From Candidatus Campbellbacteria bacterium (GTDB lineage: Bacteria; Patescibacteriota; Minisyncoccia; Phycocordibacterales; GCA-2747955): 64,000 bases of DNA. The stretch covers positions 79,425 to 143,424 of the forward strand of contig PDQZ01000008.1 of the NCBI GenBank assembly GCA_002747955.1, read 5' to 3'. Position 1 is the stretch's first letter. The number at the start of each line of letters is the position of its first letter. The notes beneath the pieces were generated by a model. It did not search any database. It saw only the letters and a program-made list of their open reading frames with translations, and was not told where the DNA came from. Positions 26,098-36,571 of this stretch are shown here, piece after piece. The translations under genes and the position numbers were made by a program.

Positions 26098-28074
26098 ATG
26101 ACAAACTTATTAAATTCAGAAGAAGTTAGAAAAAGGTATTTTGACTTGTTCCAAAAAGATCATGGAAATGTTAAAGTTCCTTCTTCTCCGCTCTTGCCAG
26201 AAAACGACGCTACAACTTTGTTTACAGGTTCAGGGATGCAACCAATGTTGCCATATTTGTTAGGAGAGTCACACCCTTTGGGAAAAAGAATTTGTGATAT
26301 TCAAAAATGTTTTCGTTCAGGAGATATTGATGATGTAGGGGACAACAGACATACAACATTTTTTGAAATGATTGGGAATTGGTCTTTTGGGGACTATTTT
26401 AAAGAAGAGCAAATTGAGTGGATGTTTGAGTTTTTAACAAGTAAAACTCGTGGTTTGGGACTTGATCCCAGAAAACTTTATTTCTCAGCTTTTGGAGGAG
26501 ACAAAGAGAATGGTTTAGACAAAGACACACAAGCTGCTATTAAATGGCAGGAGCTTTTGGCAGACATTGATATTGAAGCACCCATTGTTACTTTTGAAAA
26601 TGCAAAACAAGCAAGTCAGAAAGGAATGGAAGACGGAAGAATTTTCTTTTACGATGCAGACGAAAATTGGTGGTCAAGATCAGGAAGTCCTGAGAAAATG
26701 CCAATAGGTGAACCAGGGGGTCCTGACTCTGAGATGTTTTATAATTTTGGAACAGAACACAACCCGAAGTTTGGGAAACACTGTCATCCAGCTTGTGATT
26801 GTGGACGATTTATGGAAATTGGAAACAATGTTTTTATGACTTATAAAAAAGTTTCTGAACACAAGTTTGAAGAACTCCCAGCAAAAAACATTGATCACGG
26901 AAGTGGACTTGAAAGACTAACCGCTGCTTGCCAAAATCAGCCTGATATTTTTAAAACTGATTTGTTCGAAGATATTATTCAAAGTTTGGAAAATGCAAGT
27001 GCTAAAAAATATGAAGACCCAAAATATCAAAAAGATTTTAGAATCGTTGCGGACCACTTAAAATCATCTGTAATGATTATGGCTGATAAGCTTACACCTT
27101 CAAACAAAGATGCTGGATATATTTTAAGAAAACTTTTGAGAAAACTTATTTTATCAGCCCAAAACTTAGATATTCAAAATGAATATTATGAAAATATTAT
27201 AAACGGAATCATTGGAAAGTATAAAGATGTTTATCCAGAAGTTGCTGAAAATTCTGAATTTATCAAAAACGAATTTAAAAAAGAAGTTGAGAAGTTTTCA
27301 AGGGCTTTAAAGTCAGGAACCAAAGAACTTGAAAACATTATTTCCAAAAAAGAAGTTGTAAAAGTAAATCCAGACAGAAAAGATTGTTTTACAGGTGAGT
27401 TTCAAACTTTTGAAGCCAAAAACACTTTAACTGGAAAAGAGGTTTTTGATTTGTTTACAAGTTTTGGACTTCCTTTGGATGTTATCAGGCAAGAAGCTCA
27501 AAAAAGAGGATTTTGTATTGATGAAGATGCTTTTGGTCTTTTGTTTAAAGAACATATTCAAAATTCAAAAAACACATCAGCAGGAAAGTTTAAAGGAGGA
27601 CTTGCTGGAGATAGCCCAAAAATCAAAGCTTTTCATACAGCAACACACTTAATGTTGGCTGGATTGCGAAAGTATTTGGGAGACGGTGTTAATCAAGCAG
27701 GATCAAACATTACAGAAGAAAGAACAAGGTTTGATTTTACACATTCTGAAAAAGTTCCAAGAGAAATTTTAGATAAAGTAGAAGAATACGTAAATGATGT
27801 AATTGAAAAAGAACTTGATATGGAAATTACAGAAATGGAAAAAACAAAAGCCAAAGAACAAGGAGTGGTTGGATCATTCTGGGAAAAATATCCTGAGATT
27901 GTAAAAGTTTGGACAATCAAAGATGACCAAAATATTTACACTCAAGAACTTTGTGGAGGTCCGCATGTAAAAAATACGAAAGAAATGAAGGAGTTTGGAA
28001 GGTTTAAGATTAAGAAGGAGGAGTCATCGTCAGCGGGAGTCAGAAGAATTAAAGCTGTTTTTACAAGAGATTAA
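26098..28074 (+). CDS. alaS: alanyl-tRNA synthetase, short form lacking the C-terminal C-Ala/DHHA1 region
   Basis: class II core (FTGSGMQPM..., HTTFFEMIGNWSFGDYFK), editing-domain HxxxH (HTATHLMLAGL) and CGGPHV; 658 aa versus about 875 typical. Confidence 0.85.
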   Translation: MTNLLNSEEVRKRYFDLFQKDHGNVKVPSSPLLPENDATTLFTGSGMQPMLPYLLGESHPLGKRICDIQKCFRSGDIDDVGDNRHTTFFEMIGNWSFGDYFKEEQIEWMFEFLTSKTRGLGLDPRKLYFSAFGGDKENGLDKDTQAAIKWQELLADIDIEAPIVTFENAKQASQKGMEDGRIFFYDADENWWSRSGSPEKMPIGEPGGPDSEMFYNFGTEHNPKFGKHCHPACDCGRFMEIGNNVFMTYKKVSEHKFEELPAKNIDHGSGLERLTAACQNQPDIFKTDLFEDIIQSLENASAKKYEDPKYQKDFRIVADHLKSSVMIMADKLTPSNKDAGYILRKLLRKLILSAQNLDIQNEYYENIINGIIGKYKDVYPEVAENSEFIKNEFKKEVEKFSRALKSGTKELENIISKKEVVKVNPDRKDCFTGEFQTFEAKNTLTGKEVFDLFTSFGLPLDVIRQEAQKRGFCIDEDAFGLLFKEHIQNSKNTSAGKFKGGLAGDSPKIKAFHTATHLMLAGLRKYLGDGVNQAGSNITEERTRFDFTHSEKVPREILDKVEEYVNDVIEKELDMEITEMEKTKAKEQGVVGSFWEKYPEIVKVWTIKDDQNIYTQELCGGPHVKNTKEMKEFGRFKIKKEESSSAGVRRIKAVFTRD

Positions 28075-28393
28075 AAAATTTCTTTTTTCTTGACAAAAAA
28101 AAGAAAAAAACCAACACGCTGATAAACGCAAACCAAAATTAGCGTACTCGGAAATACTTTAAATCAAGACTTCAAATTTCTTGCTTGTCGAGCACTCAAT
28201 ATGCTTGAACAGTAAAAAATTAACTGTCGTCTCCACACAAAAACAAAAATCATACGGTTTTTGTTTTTGATTTTTTATAAAAAATACTATGAATTGACGA
28301 AAATCTTTTTAGCAACCCTTAAAAAATAGATAATCATCGATATTTTTAATTTAATATATTTTTATTTAATTGAAATTTTGATATAATAAGTTT

Positions 28394-29497
28394 ATGGAAA
28401 AAGATATAATAATAAATATAAATACTTCTGCAGTGGTTGCTTCTGTTGTTTCATATGGTAAAAAAAATGCAAAACCGAAAATTGAATATACAGAAGTAAA
28501 CTACATAGATTTTAAAAAAGATATTGATTTTGATCTTTTAAAACAAAACACTCAAAAATCTTTAGAGTTTGTTTTAGAAAAAATTTATAATTTTTTACAT
28601 TTAACAGGAAACTTAAATACTGTTAATAGAGGCTACGTTTTTTTGTCTTCTCCGTGGATTAAAAAGAAATTTTATCAAATTAAAGATGAAAACCTAAAGC
28701 CTTTTTTGGCAAATTCAGAATATTTAGAAAAATTTATTGGAGACAACGGAACTGTTAGTCAGGACTCAGAAATCGTTTCAGCTGAAATTTTGTCTGTTAA
28801 AGCAAATGGTTACAATCTTTCTTTAACAGATATTGTTGATAAGAAAATTAATAAAATTGAAGCTTCGATTTTAGATACTCAAATCAAAACAGAAGATAAA
28901 AACTTTATTGAGGAAATTATTTTAAATAAATTTAACACATTAAAAATTACTTTTTCTGCTTTTTTGCCAGTATTTTTAAATCAGATTCAAAATATTGTTG
29001 GAGATAAAAAAGATTTTGCCTTTTTAGATTTTACAGGTGAAATGATGGAATATGGAATTTATAAAAATCATGAAATTAAAGATGTTGTGATTGTTCAGGA
29101 GGGAAGAAATGAAATTATAAGAAGTCTAGTTTCAGAAAAAATTTCAGAAAACAATATCGAGGCTGAAAAAACTTTTATTTTATTTTTAAAAGAGCAATTA
29201 AAGGATGAAAAGAAAAAGCAAGTTCAAGAAGTTATTGATAAGCATATAGAAAGAATTAAAAAGGAGATTCAAAAACAGACAGAGAAATATGATTTTTTGG
29301 AATTACCTCAAAAAACTTTTGTGCTTTCTTATGGCCTAATGAATTTGATTTTGGAAAATTACACTTTTTTAAATCAAATTATTTTTATTAACAAGTCATA
29401 TATTAAGCAATTTGTTAATTTTGAAAATGACAACCATTACAATATTTTTACTGCTGTTGAAGCAGACTATATTTATCAGACTCAGAAAACTAATTAA
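28394..29497 (+). CDS. hypothetical protein, possibly a divergent actin-like (ASKHA) ATPase
   Basis: N-terminal IININTSAVVASVV and later FAFLDFTGEMMEYG are reminiscent of phosphate-1/phosphate-2 motifs; weak. Confidence 0.3.
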   Translation: MEKDIIININTSAVVASVVSYGKKNAKPKIEYTEVNYIDFKKDIDFDLLKQNTQKSLEFVLEKIYNFLHLTGNLNTVNRGYVFLSSPWIKKKFYQIKDENLKPFLANSEYLEKFIGDNGTVSQDSEIVSAEILSVKANGYNLSLTDIVDKKINKIEASILDTQIKTEDKNFIEEIILNKFNTLKITFSAFLPVFLNQIQNIVGDKKDFAFLDFTGEMMEYGIYKNHEIKDVVIVQEGRNEIIRSLVSEKISENNIEAEKTFILFLKEQLKDEKKKQVQEVIDKHIERIKKEIQKQTEKYDFLELPQKTFVLSYGLMNLILENYTFLNQIIFINKSYIKQFVNFENDNHYNIFTAVEADYIYQTQKTN

Positions 29498-29569
29498 AAT
29501 TTTATTTTTCAAACTTTTATTATTAAAATTTTAGTGTATAATTATAAACAATTAAGATATTGAAATATT

Positions 29570-30496
29570 ATGTTGACAAGAAACAATTCAAGGCAGCTGG
29601 CTTTACAGACAATGTTTGTTTTAGATACAAGATTTTTTGGTTTGGATTATCAAGAAAACCAAAATCTAGACACTGACAAAATCAGTGAGGTTTACTCTTA
29701 TGTTTTTGAAAATTTTTATAAAGATAAATCAAGTGGTGAGGATGAATTTTCTAAAAATTTAATTTTTGGAGTTGTCAAAAATCTAGAAGAAATTGATCAA
29801 TATATTCAAAAATTTGCTAAAAATTGGTCACTTGAAAAAACTGCGATTGTTGATAAAAATATTTTAAGAATTGCTATTTATGAGCTTTTGTTTTTTGAAA
29901 GTGAGTTACCAGGGAAAGTGGTAATCAACGAGGCTATTGAACTTGCTAAAAAATATGGACATAAAAAATCTCATTTATTTATTTCAGGACTTTTAGGTGC
30001 TTTATATGAGAACATGGGTTTGGAGAAAAAAGACCAGAAGTTGAATAGTTTACCCAAAAAAATTACCGAAAAGAAAAAAGTGGGTGCTTTGTGTTTTTAT
30101 AAAAAAGAAGGAAAAATTAAATATCTTTTAGTTCATAATATTTTTGGAAAATGGACACTACCTAAAGGTTCTGTTGAACAAGATTTTGACAACATAAACG
30201 ACGCTTTAAATTCAATTTTGAAAAGTAAAGTAAATGTTGAAGGAAAAGCAGGTGATATTATTGGTAAGAATGAATACAGTTCTTTAAAAGATGTTAGAAA
30301 TATTGTTAAAAAAGACATTGTTTATTTTATTTTTGAAGTTTCAAATCCAGGTGAAACTGAAGTGAAACAGAAAAATGGAGGTTTAAATAACGTAAAATGG
30401 TTTACTGAGGAAAATTTAAAAAAAGCTCAAACTTACGAAGATTTAGAAGAAATTATTCAAAAAGGAGTGGAATTAATTAAAAAACAAAATGTCTAA
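29570..30496 (+). CDS. nusB: NusB-like antitermination factor fused to a C-terminal Nudix-like domain
   Basis: N-terminal RQLALQTMFVLDTRFF...LEKTAIVDKNILRIAIYEL matches NusB; C-terminal VGALCFYKKEGKIKYLLVHNIFGKWTLPKGSVE resembles the Nudix fold but lacks REx2EE. Confidence 0.55.
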   Translation: MLTRNNSRQLALQTMFVLDTRFFGLDYQENQNLDTDKISEVYSYVFENFYKDKSSGEDEFSKNLIFGVVKNLEEIDQYIQKFAKNWSLEKTAIVDKNILRIAIYELLFFESELPGKVVINEAIELAKKYGHKKSHLFISGLLGALYENMGLEKKDQKLNSLPKKITEKKKVGALCFYKKEGKIKYLLVHNIFGKWTLPKGSVEQDFDNINDALNSILKSKVNVEGKAGDIIGKNEYSSLKDVRNIVKKDIVYFIFEVSNPGETEVKQKNGGLNNVKWFTEENLKKAQTYEDLEEIIQKGVELIKKQNV

Positions 30497-31175
30497 TTTA
30501 AATAAATTTGAAGAAAAAATCAACATAGAGTTTAAAAACAAAAAACTTTTAGAACTTGCTTTTACTCATAGATCATATTTAAATGAAGCTAAAAAATCAA
30601 ACCAGCACAACGAACGAATTGAGTTTTTAGGTGATGCGGTTTTAGAACTTGCTAGTACTGAATTTTTATACAAAAAATTTCCAGAAAAAAAAGAAGGAGA
30701 ACTTACGGCTTTAAGGTCTGCTTTGGTAAACACTTTTTCTTTGTTTCAAGCAGCAGAAAAACTTGGTTTAAATGACTATTTGCTTTTATCAAAGGGAGAA
30801 AAAACATCGGTTAAAGGTCGAGATCATATTTTAGCAAATACTTTTGAGGCGTTAATTGGAGCAATCTATTTAGAGTTTGGTTTTCGGAAAGTTCAAGAGT
30901 TTTTAGATCAAAATCTTTTTGGATATTTAGATGAAATTATCCAAAATAATTTACACAAAGACCCAAAGTCTTATTTTCAAGAACTTGCTCAAGAACACAA
31001 AAAAGTAACTCCTGAATACAAACTTCAAGATCATATTGGTCCTGATCATGATAAAGAGTTTGTAATGGCGGTTTTTTTGGGAGATGAAAAGATTGCCGAA
31101 GGCATAGGAACTTCAAAACAAAAAGCAGAAATTGAAGCGGCTAGAAATGCTTTAAAAAAAATGGCTTGGGATTAG
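30489..31175 (+). CDS. rnc: ribonuclease III
   Basis: ERIEFLGDAVLELASTEFLYKKFP RNase III signature plus C-terminal dsRBD. Confidence 0.85.
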   Translation: MSNLNKFEEKINIEFKNKKLLELAFTHRSYLNEAKKSNQHNERIEFLGDAVLELASTEFLYKKFPEKKEGELTALRSALVNTFSLFQAAEKLGLNDYLLLSKGEKTSVKGRDHILANTFEALIGAIYLEFGFRKVQEFLDQNLFGYLDEIIQNNLHKDPKSYFQELAQEHKKVTPEYKLQDHIGPDHDKEFVMAVFLGDEKIAEGIGTSKQKAEIEAARNALKKMAWD

Positions 31176-31200
31176 TAAAAAATATGTTAAAATAGTTATT

Positions 31201-31929
31201 ATGTTTTACAAAAAAATGAAAAGAGGAAAATACGATAAGTATATTGAAAACGCGATATTTTTTGTCGGAGTTTTGGCAATTTTGGCAATGTGGTACTATT
31301 TTTTTATGGTTTCTGAAATTTTCAAAAATTTTTTAGAATGGTTAGATCACTTTGTTCAAACTCAAACAAGATATGCTTATTTAATAGCATATCTTGCAGC
31401 AGTAGCAGAAGGAACGATTATTTTAGGAATGGTTCCTGGTACCACTTTTGTTATTACAATGGGGGTATTTTTAGCCAGAGGCACAATTGACCCTTACATT
31501 TTATTCCCGATTGTTATAATCGGTGCGTTTTTGGGAGATTTGTTGGGTTATGCAATAGGAAGTTTTGTTAAAAAATGGTTTGTAAATTCTGAAATAGAAA
31601 AAAGTGTTCAATTTCAATTAGGAGAAAAGTTTGTTCACAAACACGGAGCAAAATCTGTATTTCTAGCAAGATTTATTTCAGGAATTAAAGAAGTTATTCC
31701 GTTTTTAGCAGGGGTTTTGAAAATGAATATGAAAAGATTTATGGCATACAACTTTTTAGGGGCAATAGGTTGGTCTATTTTGTGGATTGGTGTTGGGTAT
31801 GTTTCAGGTTTGTTTGTGACAGATATTGAAAGTATTGTAAAATCAATCGGTCTTGTTTTGTTGGTAATATTTTTGTTTGCAGTTTTTGCATATTACAAAA
31901 AAAACCTTGAAACTTTTACAGAGAAATAA
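31201..31929 (+). CDS. DedA/VTT-domain membrane protein
   Basis: multi-TM protein; FISGIKEVIPFLAGVLKMNMKRFMAYNFLGAIGWSILWIGVGYVSG matches the DedA core. Confidence 0.7.
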   Translation: MFYKKMKRGKYDKYIENAIFFVGVLAILAMWYYFFMVSEIFKNFLEWLDHFVQTQTRYAYLIAYLAAVAEGTIILGMVPGTTFVITMGVFLARGTIDPYILFPIVIIGAFLGDLLGYAIGSFVKKWFVNSEIEKSVQFQLGEKFVHKHGAKSVFLARFISGIKEVIPFLAGVLKMNMKRFMAYNFLGAIGWSILWIGVGYVSGLFVTDIESIVKSIGLVLLVIFLFAVFAYYKKNLETFTEK

Positions 31930-31950
31930 AAAAACAAAAAACAAAAAAAC

Positions 31951-31971
31951 ACCCGCGCCTCCGGCGCGGGT
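31951..31971. terminator. GC-rich bidirectional terminator between convergent genes
   Basis: acccgcgcc-tcc-ggcgcgggt flanked by A-run and T-run. Confidence 0.7.
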
Positions 31972-31984
31972 TTGTGTTAACTGT

Positions 31985-32281
31985 TTAAGCAGCAACTTTT
32001 TTCTTTTCATATTGTTGTTGCTTTTTGATTTTATCTAGAACTCTAATGGCAAGTTCTAGTTTTTTGTGTTCTTCATGACTCAAATGAGTTTGGTTTACAC
32101 ATCTACCTTTTAGGTATTTGCGAATCCGTTTAAAGCTTGTAAAAGCTTTAAGAGAAACCTTTTTCGACTGGACTTCATCCAGTTGTCCGTTTAGGAACAA
32201 ACGAAGCTCTTCTGGCTCGTTTGTTCTGAAATATTTTTCTAAGGTTTCCCTTAGCTTTTGATCGTTTTTTTGAAACGCCAT
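31985..32281 (-). CDS. hypothetical small basic protein
   Basis: 98 aa, Lys/Arg-rich, no confident family assignment. Confidence 0.3.
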   Translation of the reverse strand: MAFQKNDQKLRETLEKYFRTNEPEELRLFLNGQLDEVQSKKVSLKAFTSFKRIRKYLKGRCVNQTHLSHEEHKKLELAIRVLDKIKKQQQYEKKKVAA

Positions 32282-32397
32282 ATTTTTTCTCCTATATTTT
32301 AGAGATTTAAAAAATTCAACTTTCGTTGAAAACCAAAGAGTATTTTAATATAAAATTATTTTTTGTCAATTTCTTTAAAATTATTTTTGTGGATATT

Positions 32398-32492
32398 TAA
32401 AATCAGCCCGAAATTTTTTTGTATTTTTTAAATCCGTGAGGCCTTGCCTCACGGATTTAAAAAATGCAAAAAAAAATTTCGGTCTGATTTTA
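32398..32492. repeat. long perfect-palindrome hairpin element (family member) in a divergent intergenic region
   Basis: aaaatcagcccgaaatttttttgtattttttaaatccgtgaggc-cttg-gcctcacgg...cggtctgatttt; GGCCTTGCC core at the apex. Confidence 0.7.
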
Positions 32493-32532
32493 AAATTTGA
32501 TTATCTTTAATCAAATATGTTATAATTACCGA

Positions 32533-34311
32533 ATGAAAAATATTATTAAAAAATTAAAAGCAAAACTAAAAAAAAGAAAAGAAAATAAAAAAAAAGCTCA
32601 AAAAGGTTTTCAGAAAAAAAGTAAATGGAAAGTTTTCAGAAAAATCATTTTTTGGTTAATAATTATTTCACTTTTAGGGTGGGCTTTTCACAATATCGCT
32701 AAAAAGTTTTATGGCAACCAAGAAAAAGAACAGAACTTTTTAATCATTGAGCCAGTTTCAAAAGGCGATGTTTCTTCTTCTTTTACGGCCGAAGGAATGA
32801 TTAAAGCTGAAAGAAAACAAAACTTAGATGTTTACAAAAAAAACTACAGATTAGACTTGTTAAAAGTTAAAAACGGTTCTTCTGTAAAAAAAGGAGATAT
32901 TTTGTTTGCTTTTGATTCATCAGATTACTCAACAAGTATTCAAAGAGCATACATATCTTATCAAAAAGCACTTTTAGATTTTCAAAATCAAAAAGTTTTA
33001 AAGCAAATCTCACAAGATATTGGAAACTCAGAAATTGCTTTGGGTTCTTTAGAAAGAACGATTTTAAGAAAAAAACAAGAAGTAAAAGAATTAAGAGAAA
33101 AGTTTTATTCTAAAAATTTAGAACTTATCCCAAACGAAGATGGGGTGAGTGATGATGAAGATATAGAAAAACCAACCATTTCAGGAGAGTATAAGTTAGA
33201 AAAAGAAGGACAATACGAAATCGAAATATATAATTCTTCTACAAAATCAGGTTACTCTTTTAGATATACAGGACTTGAAAATGGGGTTGGTTCTGTTATT
33301 TTTGGAAAACCACAAGATCTTGGGAAAAATGGTTTAGAGATCAATTTTTCACCTCAAAGTTTAGATGATTGTAGAAAATGGATTTTAAAAGTTCCAAACA
33401 CAGAACATAAAGATTATAAAGATAATGAAAGGGAATACAAAGAAGCTTTAGAAGATTTGATCGACTTTTACAAAAGAAATGAATTGGATTTGAAATCTTC
33501 AAAACAAAAACTTAAACACGACATTGAAGTTGATCAACACAATTTCGATATTCAAGAGGGAAGACTTGCTTTAAATGAGGCTTTAAAAGCTTATCAGGAT
33601 GCAAAAAGAGACAGAGACGAACTTGTGGTCAAAGCTCCTTTTGACGGAATAATAAATGGAATGCAAGATGTAACAGTGGGTGAAAAACCCAAAGACACAG
33701 ACGATGTAATGAAATTTGGAACTTTGATTTCAAATGATTTTGTGGTTGAGTTTGCACTTCAAATTACTGATTTGGAGAAAATTAAAATTGGGCAAGAAAT
33801 AGATGTCGATGCAAATTTAGGTTTTGAAACAAAAACTTTAAAAGCCGAAATTGAACAAATCGGAGCGCTTCCGGAGGGTGGACTTTATCCTGTTGTGGCG
33901 AAAATTGTTTTGGGAGAGGAAAAAGTTTTCTTGAAAGAAGGTGTTGCAGCAACAGTTAAAATCATAAGTGAAAGCAAAGAAGATGTTTTAAAAATCCCAA
34001 ACAGTGCTATTTCTTATGATGCTGATAAAAAATATGTTCTTCTAGTTATCCAAACACAAGAATTGCAAAAAAGCAAAGACGACAAAAATTCAGAAGACGG
34101 AATTGTTAGTTTAGAAGAAAATAAAGTAATAACTGAAAAGAAATTTATTGTAACAGGCCTTGAAGGTTTACAATACACAGAGATTAAAGAAGGACTGAAA
34201 GAGGGGGATAAAATTGTTACAACAACTCAAATTCAGTCTGGACAAACAGATTATGATGAGTTTGGGGGTGGCGGAAAAATGGATGAAGAAATGAGTGTGG
34301 AAGAATACTAA
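32533..34311 (+). CDS. membrane fusion / periplasmic adaptor protein (HlyD/MacA-like) with a large insertion
   Basis: N-terminal TM, long coiled coil, C-terminal beta-barrel-like region; followed by a MacB-type ATPase and permease; start set at the ATG 6 nt after TGTTATAAT. Confidence 0.55.
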   Translation: MKNIIKKLKAKLKKRKENKKKAQKGFQKKSKWKVFRKIIFWLIIISLLGWAFHNIAKKFYGNQEKEQNFLIIEPVSKGDVSSSFTAEGMIKAERKQNLDVYKKNYRLDLLKVKNGSSVKKGDILFAFDSSDYSTSIQRAYISYQKALLDFQNQKVLKQISQDIGNSEIALGSLERTILRKKQEVKELREKFYSKNLELIPNEDGVSDDEDIEKPTISGEYKLEKEGQYEIEIYNSSTKSGYSFRYTGLENGVGSVIFGKPQDLGKNGLEINFSPQSLDDCRKWILKVPNTEHKDYKDNEREYKEALEDLIDFYKRNELDLKSSKQKLKHDIEVDQHNFDIQEGRLALNEALKAYQDAKRDRDELVVKAPFDGIINGMQDVTVGEKPKDTDDVMKFGTLISNDFVVEFALQITDLEKIKIGQEIDVDANLGFETKTLKAEIEQIGALPEGGLYPVVAKIVLGEEKVFLKEGVAATVKIISESKEDVLKIPNSAISYDADKKYVLLVIQTQELQKSKDDKNSEDGIVSLEENKVITEKKFIVTGLEGLQYTEIKEGLKEGDKIVTTTQIQSGQTDYDEFGGGGKMDEEMSVEEY

Positions 34312-34316
34312 AAAAT

Positions 34317-35012
34317 ATGAAAAAAAATAGTTTAGAAATTATAAATTTAGAACACATAGAAAAAGAATATTTTTTAAGTCAAACTCAGTCTTTTAAAGCC
34401 TTAAGAGATATTACTTTAAAAATCAATAAAGGAGAATTTGTTGCTATTGTAGGAAGTTCTGGTTCTGGGAAATCAACTTTAATGAATATTATTGGTTTTT
34501 TAGATATTCCAACAGCGGGTGAGTATGAATACAAAGGTATTAAATTTGATGAATTATCTGAAGATGAGTTAACAGAATTAAGGTCAAAAGAAATTGGTTT
34601 TATCTTTCAATCTTTTCACTTGCTTCCATCTAAGACTGTTTTTGAAAATGTAAAATTGCCACTTGTTTATTCAGGTGTTGTGAATACAAAAAAACAATAT
34701 GAAGAATATGTAACTTCAGCTTTGGAAAAATCAGATTTAGACAAAAGTTTATGGTATAAGAAACCAAACCAGCTTTCTGGTGGTCAAAGACAAAGAGTGG
34801 CAATTGCAAGAGCCCTTGTAAACAAACCTGAGGTTTTGCTTGCAGATGAGCCTACTGGAAACTTGGACTCAAAAACTGGGCAAAAAGTTTTAGAAGAGTT
34901 AAAACAACTCAATCGAGAAGAAAATGTAACCGTGATTATGATTACTCACGACAAAAATATTGCCAAAAATGCAGATAGAGTCATCACCGTTAAAGACGGA
35001 ATTATTATATAA
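34317..35012 (+). CDS. ABC transporter ATP-binding protein (MacB/LolD-type)
   Basis: Walker A GSSGSGKST, signature LSGGQRQRVAIARAL, Walker B LLADEPTGNLD. Confidence 0.85.
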   Translation: MKKNSLEIINLEHIEKEYFLSQTQSFKALRDITLKINKGEFVAIVGSSGSGKSTLMNIIGFLDIPTAGEYEYKGIKFDELSEDELTELRSKEIGFIFQSFHLLPSKTVFENVKLPLVYSGVVNTKKQYEEYVTSALEKSDLDKSLWYKKPNQLSGGQRQRVAIARALVNKPEVLLADEPTGNLDSKTGQKVLEELKQLNREENVTVIMITHDKNIAKNADRVITVKDGIII

Positions 35013-35016
35013 AATT

Positions 35017-36207
35017 ATGAAAAGATACTTAAGTTTAATCAAGGAAGGATTTATTTCACTAAAATCAAATATTTTGCGTTCAAGTTTAACAGTTTTGGGA
35101 ATTGTTATTGGTATTTTTTCTGTAACAGCCATGCTTGCTTTGGGAGATTCATTGTCAAAATCTGTCGAAGATCAATTTAATGCTTTTTCATCTGGAGATT
35201 TAGAATTTTATATCACAGGGCAAAGGGCTGTGGGTGAAGATGTTTTAGATTTTATCGCTGAAAAAAAATATATTAAAGATACAGTTGGAGTTTTAACTTC
35301 AAGTGAACCTTTTTCTTTTAAAGACAAAGAATTTTATCCAACTTTTCATGGTATTTTAGGGGATTATTCAAAATTTAATAAATATGAAATTTTAGAGGGT
35401 GAAGTTTTTGATTTTAAGGATAGAAAGAACACAGATTATATTGGCGTGGTGGACAATACTTTTGAAAAAAAATTCAAAGAGCAGACTAAAAAAAGCTCGG
35501 TTGGAAAAACCATTTTGTACAATAAAAAAACCCCCATTAAAATTATCGGTGTAATTAAAAAACAAGGTTTTCCATCTTTTGGAGATGGGGAGGTTTTTTT
35601 GCCTTACAAAACCGCTAAAATTATATTTGGAAAAAGAGGTTTTGATAGAATTGGTCTGAATTTAAACAATATAGAACATAAAAAAGTTGTTCAAAAGAGT
35701 TTAAAAGAATCAATTAATTTAATGTATAAAATGCCAAAAAATAGTAGTGACATTTTAAATTCTGATAATGATGATACTTTTATAGAACAACAGCAGCAAG
35801 TTATGTTTTATTTTAGTTTGTTTTTGGGGGCAATTGGAGTTATTGCATTGCTTGTGGGTGGAATTGGTACTATGAATATGATTTTAACAACAGTAACTGA
35901 AAGAAAAAAGGAAATTGGTTTAAGAAAAGCCATTGGGGCAAGATCTTCTGATATTGTAACTCAGGTTTTGTTTGAATCAATTATTTTAACTTTAAGTGGT
36001 GGAATTTTGGGGGTTTTGTTTACAAATTTTATAATTTTTGTGGCAAATAAATTAATTCCAGAAGATTGGGAGATTACACTTTCGGTTTCATATTCTGTAA
36101 TGTTAATGTCAATTGCAGTTTCTGTTTTAATTGGACTTATTTTTGGAATTTCTCCAGCCAGAAAGGCAGCTAGAATGCAACCAACAGAAGCTTTGAGAAG
36201 TGAGTAG
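35017..36207 (+). CDS. ABC transporter permease, FtsX/MacB family
   Basis: MacB-type periplasmic domain between TM1 and TM2; C-terminal TERKKEIGLRKAIGARSSDIVTQVLFESIILTL FtsX motif. Confidence 0.75.
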   Translation: MKRYLSLIKEGFISLKSNILRSSLTVLGIVIGIFSVTAMLALGDSLSKSVEDQFNAFSSGDLEFYITGQRAVGEDVLDFIAEKKYIKDTVGVLTSSEPFSFKDKEFYPTFHGILGDYSKFNKYEILEGEVFDFKDRKNTDYIGVVDNTFEKKFKEQTKKSSVGKTILYNKKTPIKIIGVIKKQGFPSFGDGEVFLPYKTAKIIFGKRGFDRIGLNLNNIEHKKVVQKSLKESINLMYKMPKNSSDILNSDNDDTFIEQQQQVMFYFSLFLGAIGVIALLVGGIGTMNMILTTVTERKKEIGLRKAIGARSSDIVTQVLFESIILTLSGGILGVLFTNFIIFVANKLIPEDWEITLSVSYSVMLMSIAVSVLIGLIFGISPARKAARMQPTEALRSE

Positions 36208-36209
36208 AA

Positions 36210-36300
36210 AAACAAAGCCCGAAATTTTTGGTGAGTTTTTTGAAAAAATAAAAGGCAATGCCTTTTATTTTTTCAAAAAACTCACCAAAAATTTCGGGAT
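36210..36300. repeat. long perfect-palindrome hairpin element (family member)
   Basis: aaacaaagcccgaaatttttggtgagttttttgaaaaaataaaaggc-aatg-gcctttt...cgggat; about 80% identical to 41933..42030 with mirrored substitutions. Confidence 0.7.
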
Positions 36301-36388
36301 AGTTTAAAATTTAAAACTTTACTTTTTTTAAAAAAGGTATATAATGTATTTATAAATCTCCGAAAGGAGTTTTTTAATAAAAAAAATT

Positions 36389-36568
36389 ATGAAAGTTATA
36401 GAATATTTAAAAGATGTAAACGCAGAAACAAAAAATATCAAATGGCCTACAAAAAAAATCACAATGTATTTTACATTAGGAGTTTTGGCAATTTCTTTAT
36501 TTTTTGCAATTTATTTAGGGCTTTTGGACTACGTTTTTACTCAAATTACAAGTAAATTTATAATATAA
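36389..36568 (+). CDS. secE: preprotein translocase subunit SecE (59 aa, below the ORF-track cutoff)
   Basis: MKVIEYLKDVNAETKNIKWPTKKITMYFTLGVLAISLFFAIYLGLLDYVF: conserved KxVxWP motif and a single TM; immediately precedes nusG. Confidence 0.7.
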   Translation: MKVIEYLKDVNAETKNIKWPTKKITMYFTLGVLAISLFFAIYLGLLDYVFTQITSKFII

Positions 36569-36571
36569 TTT

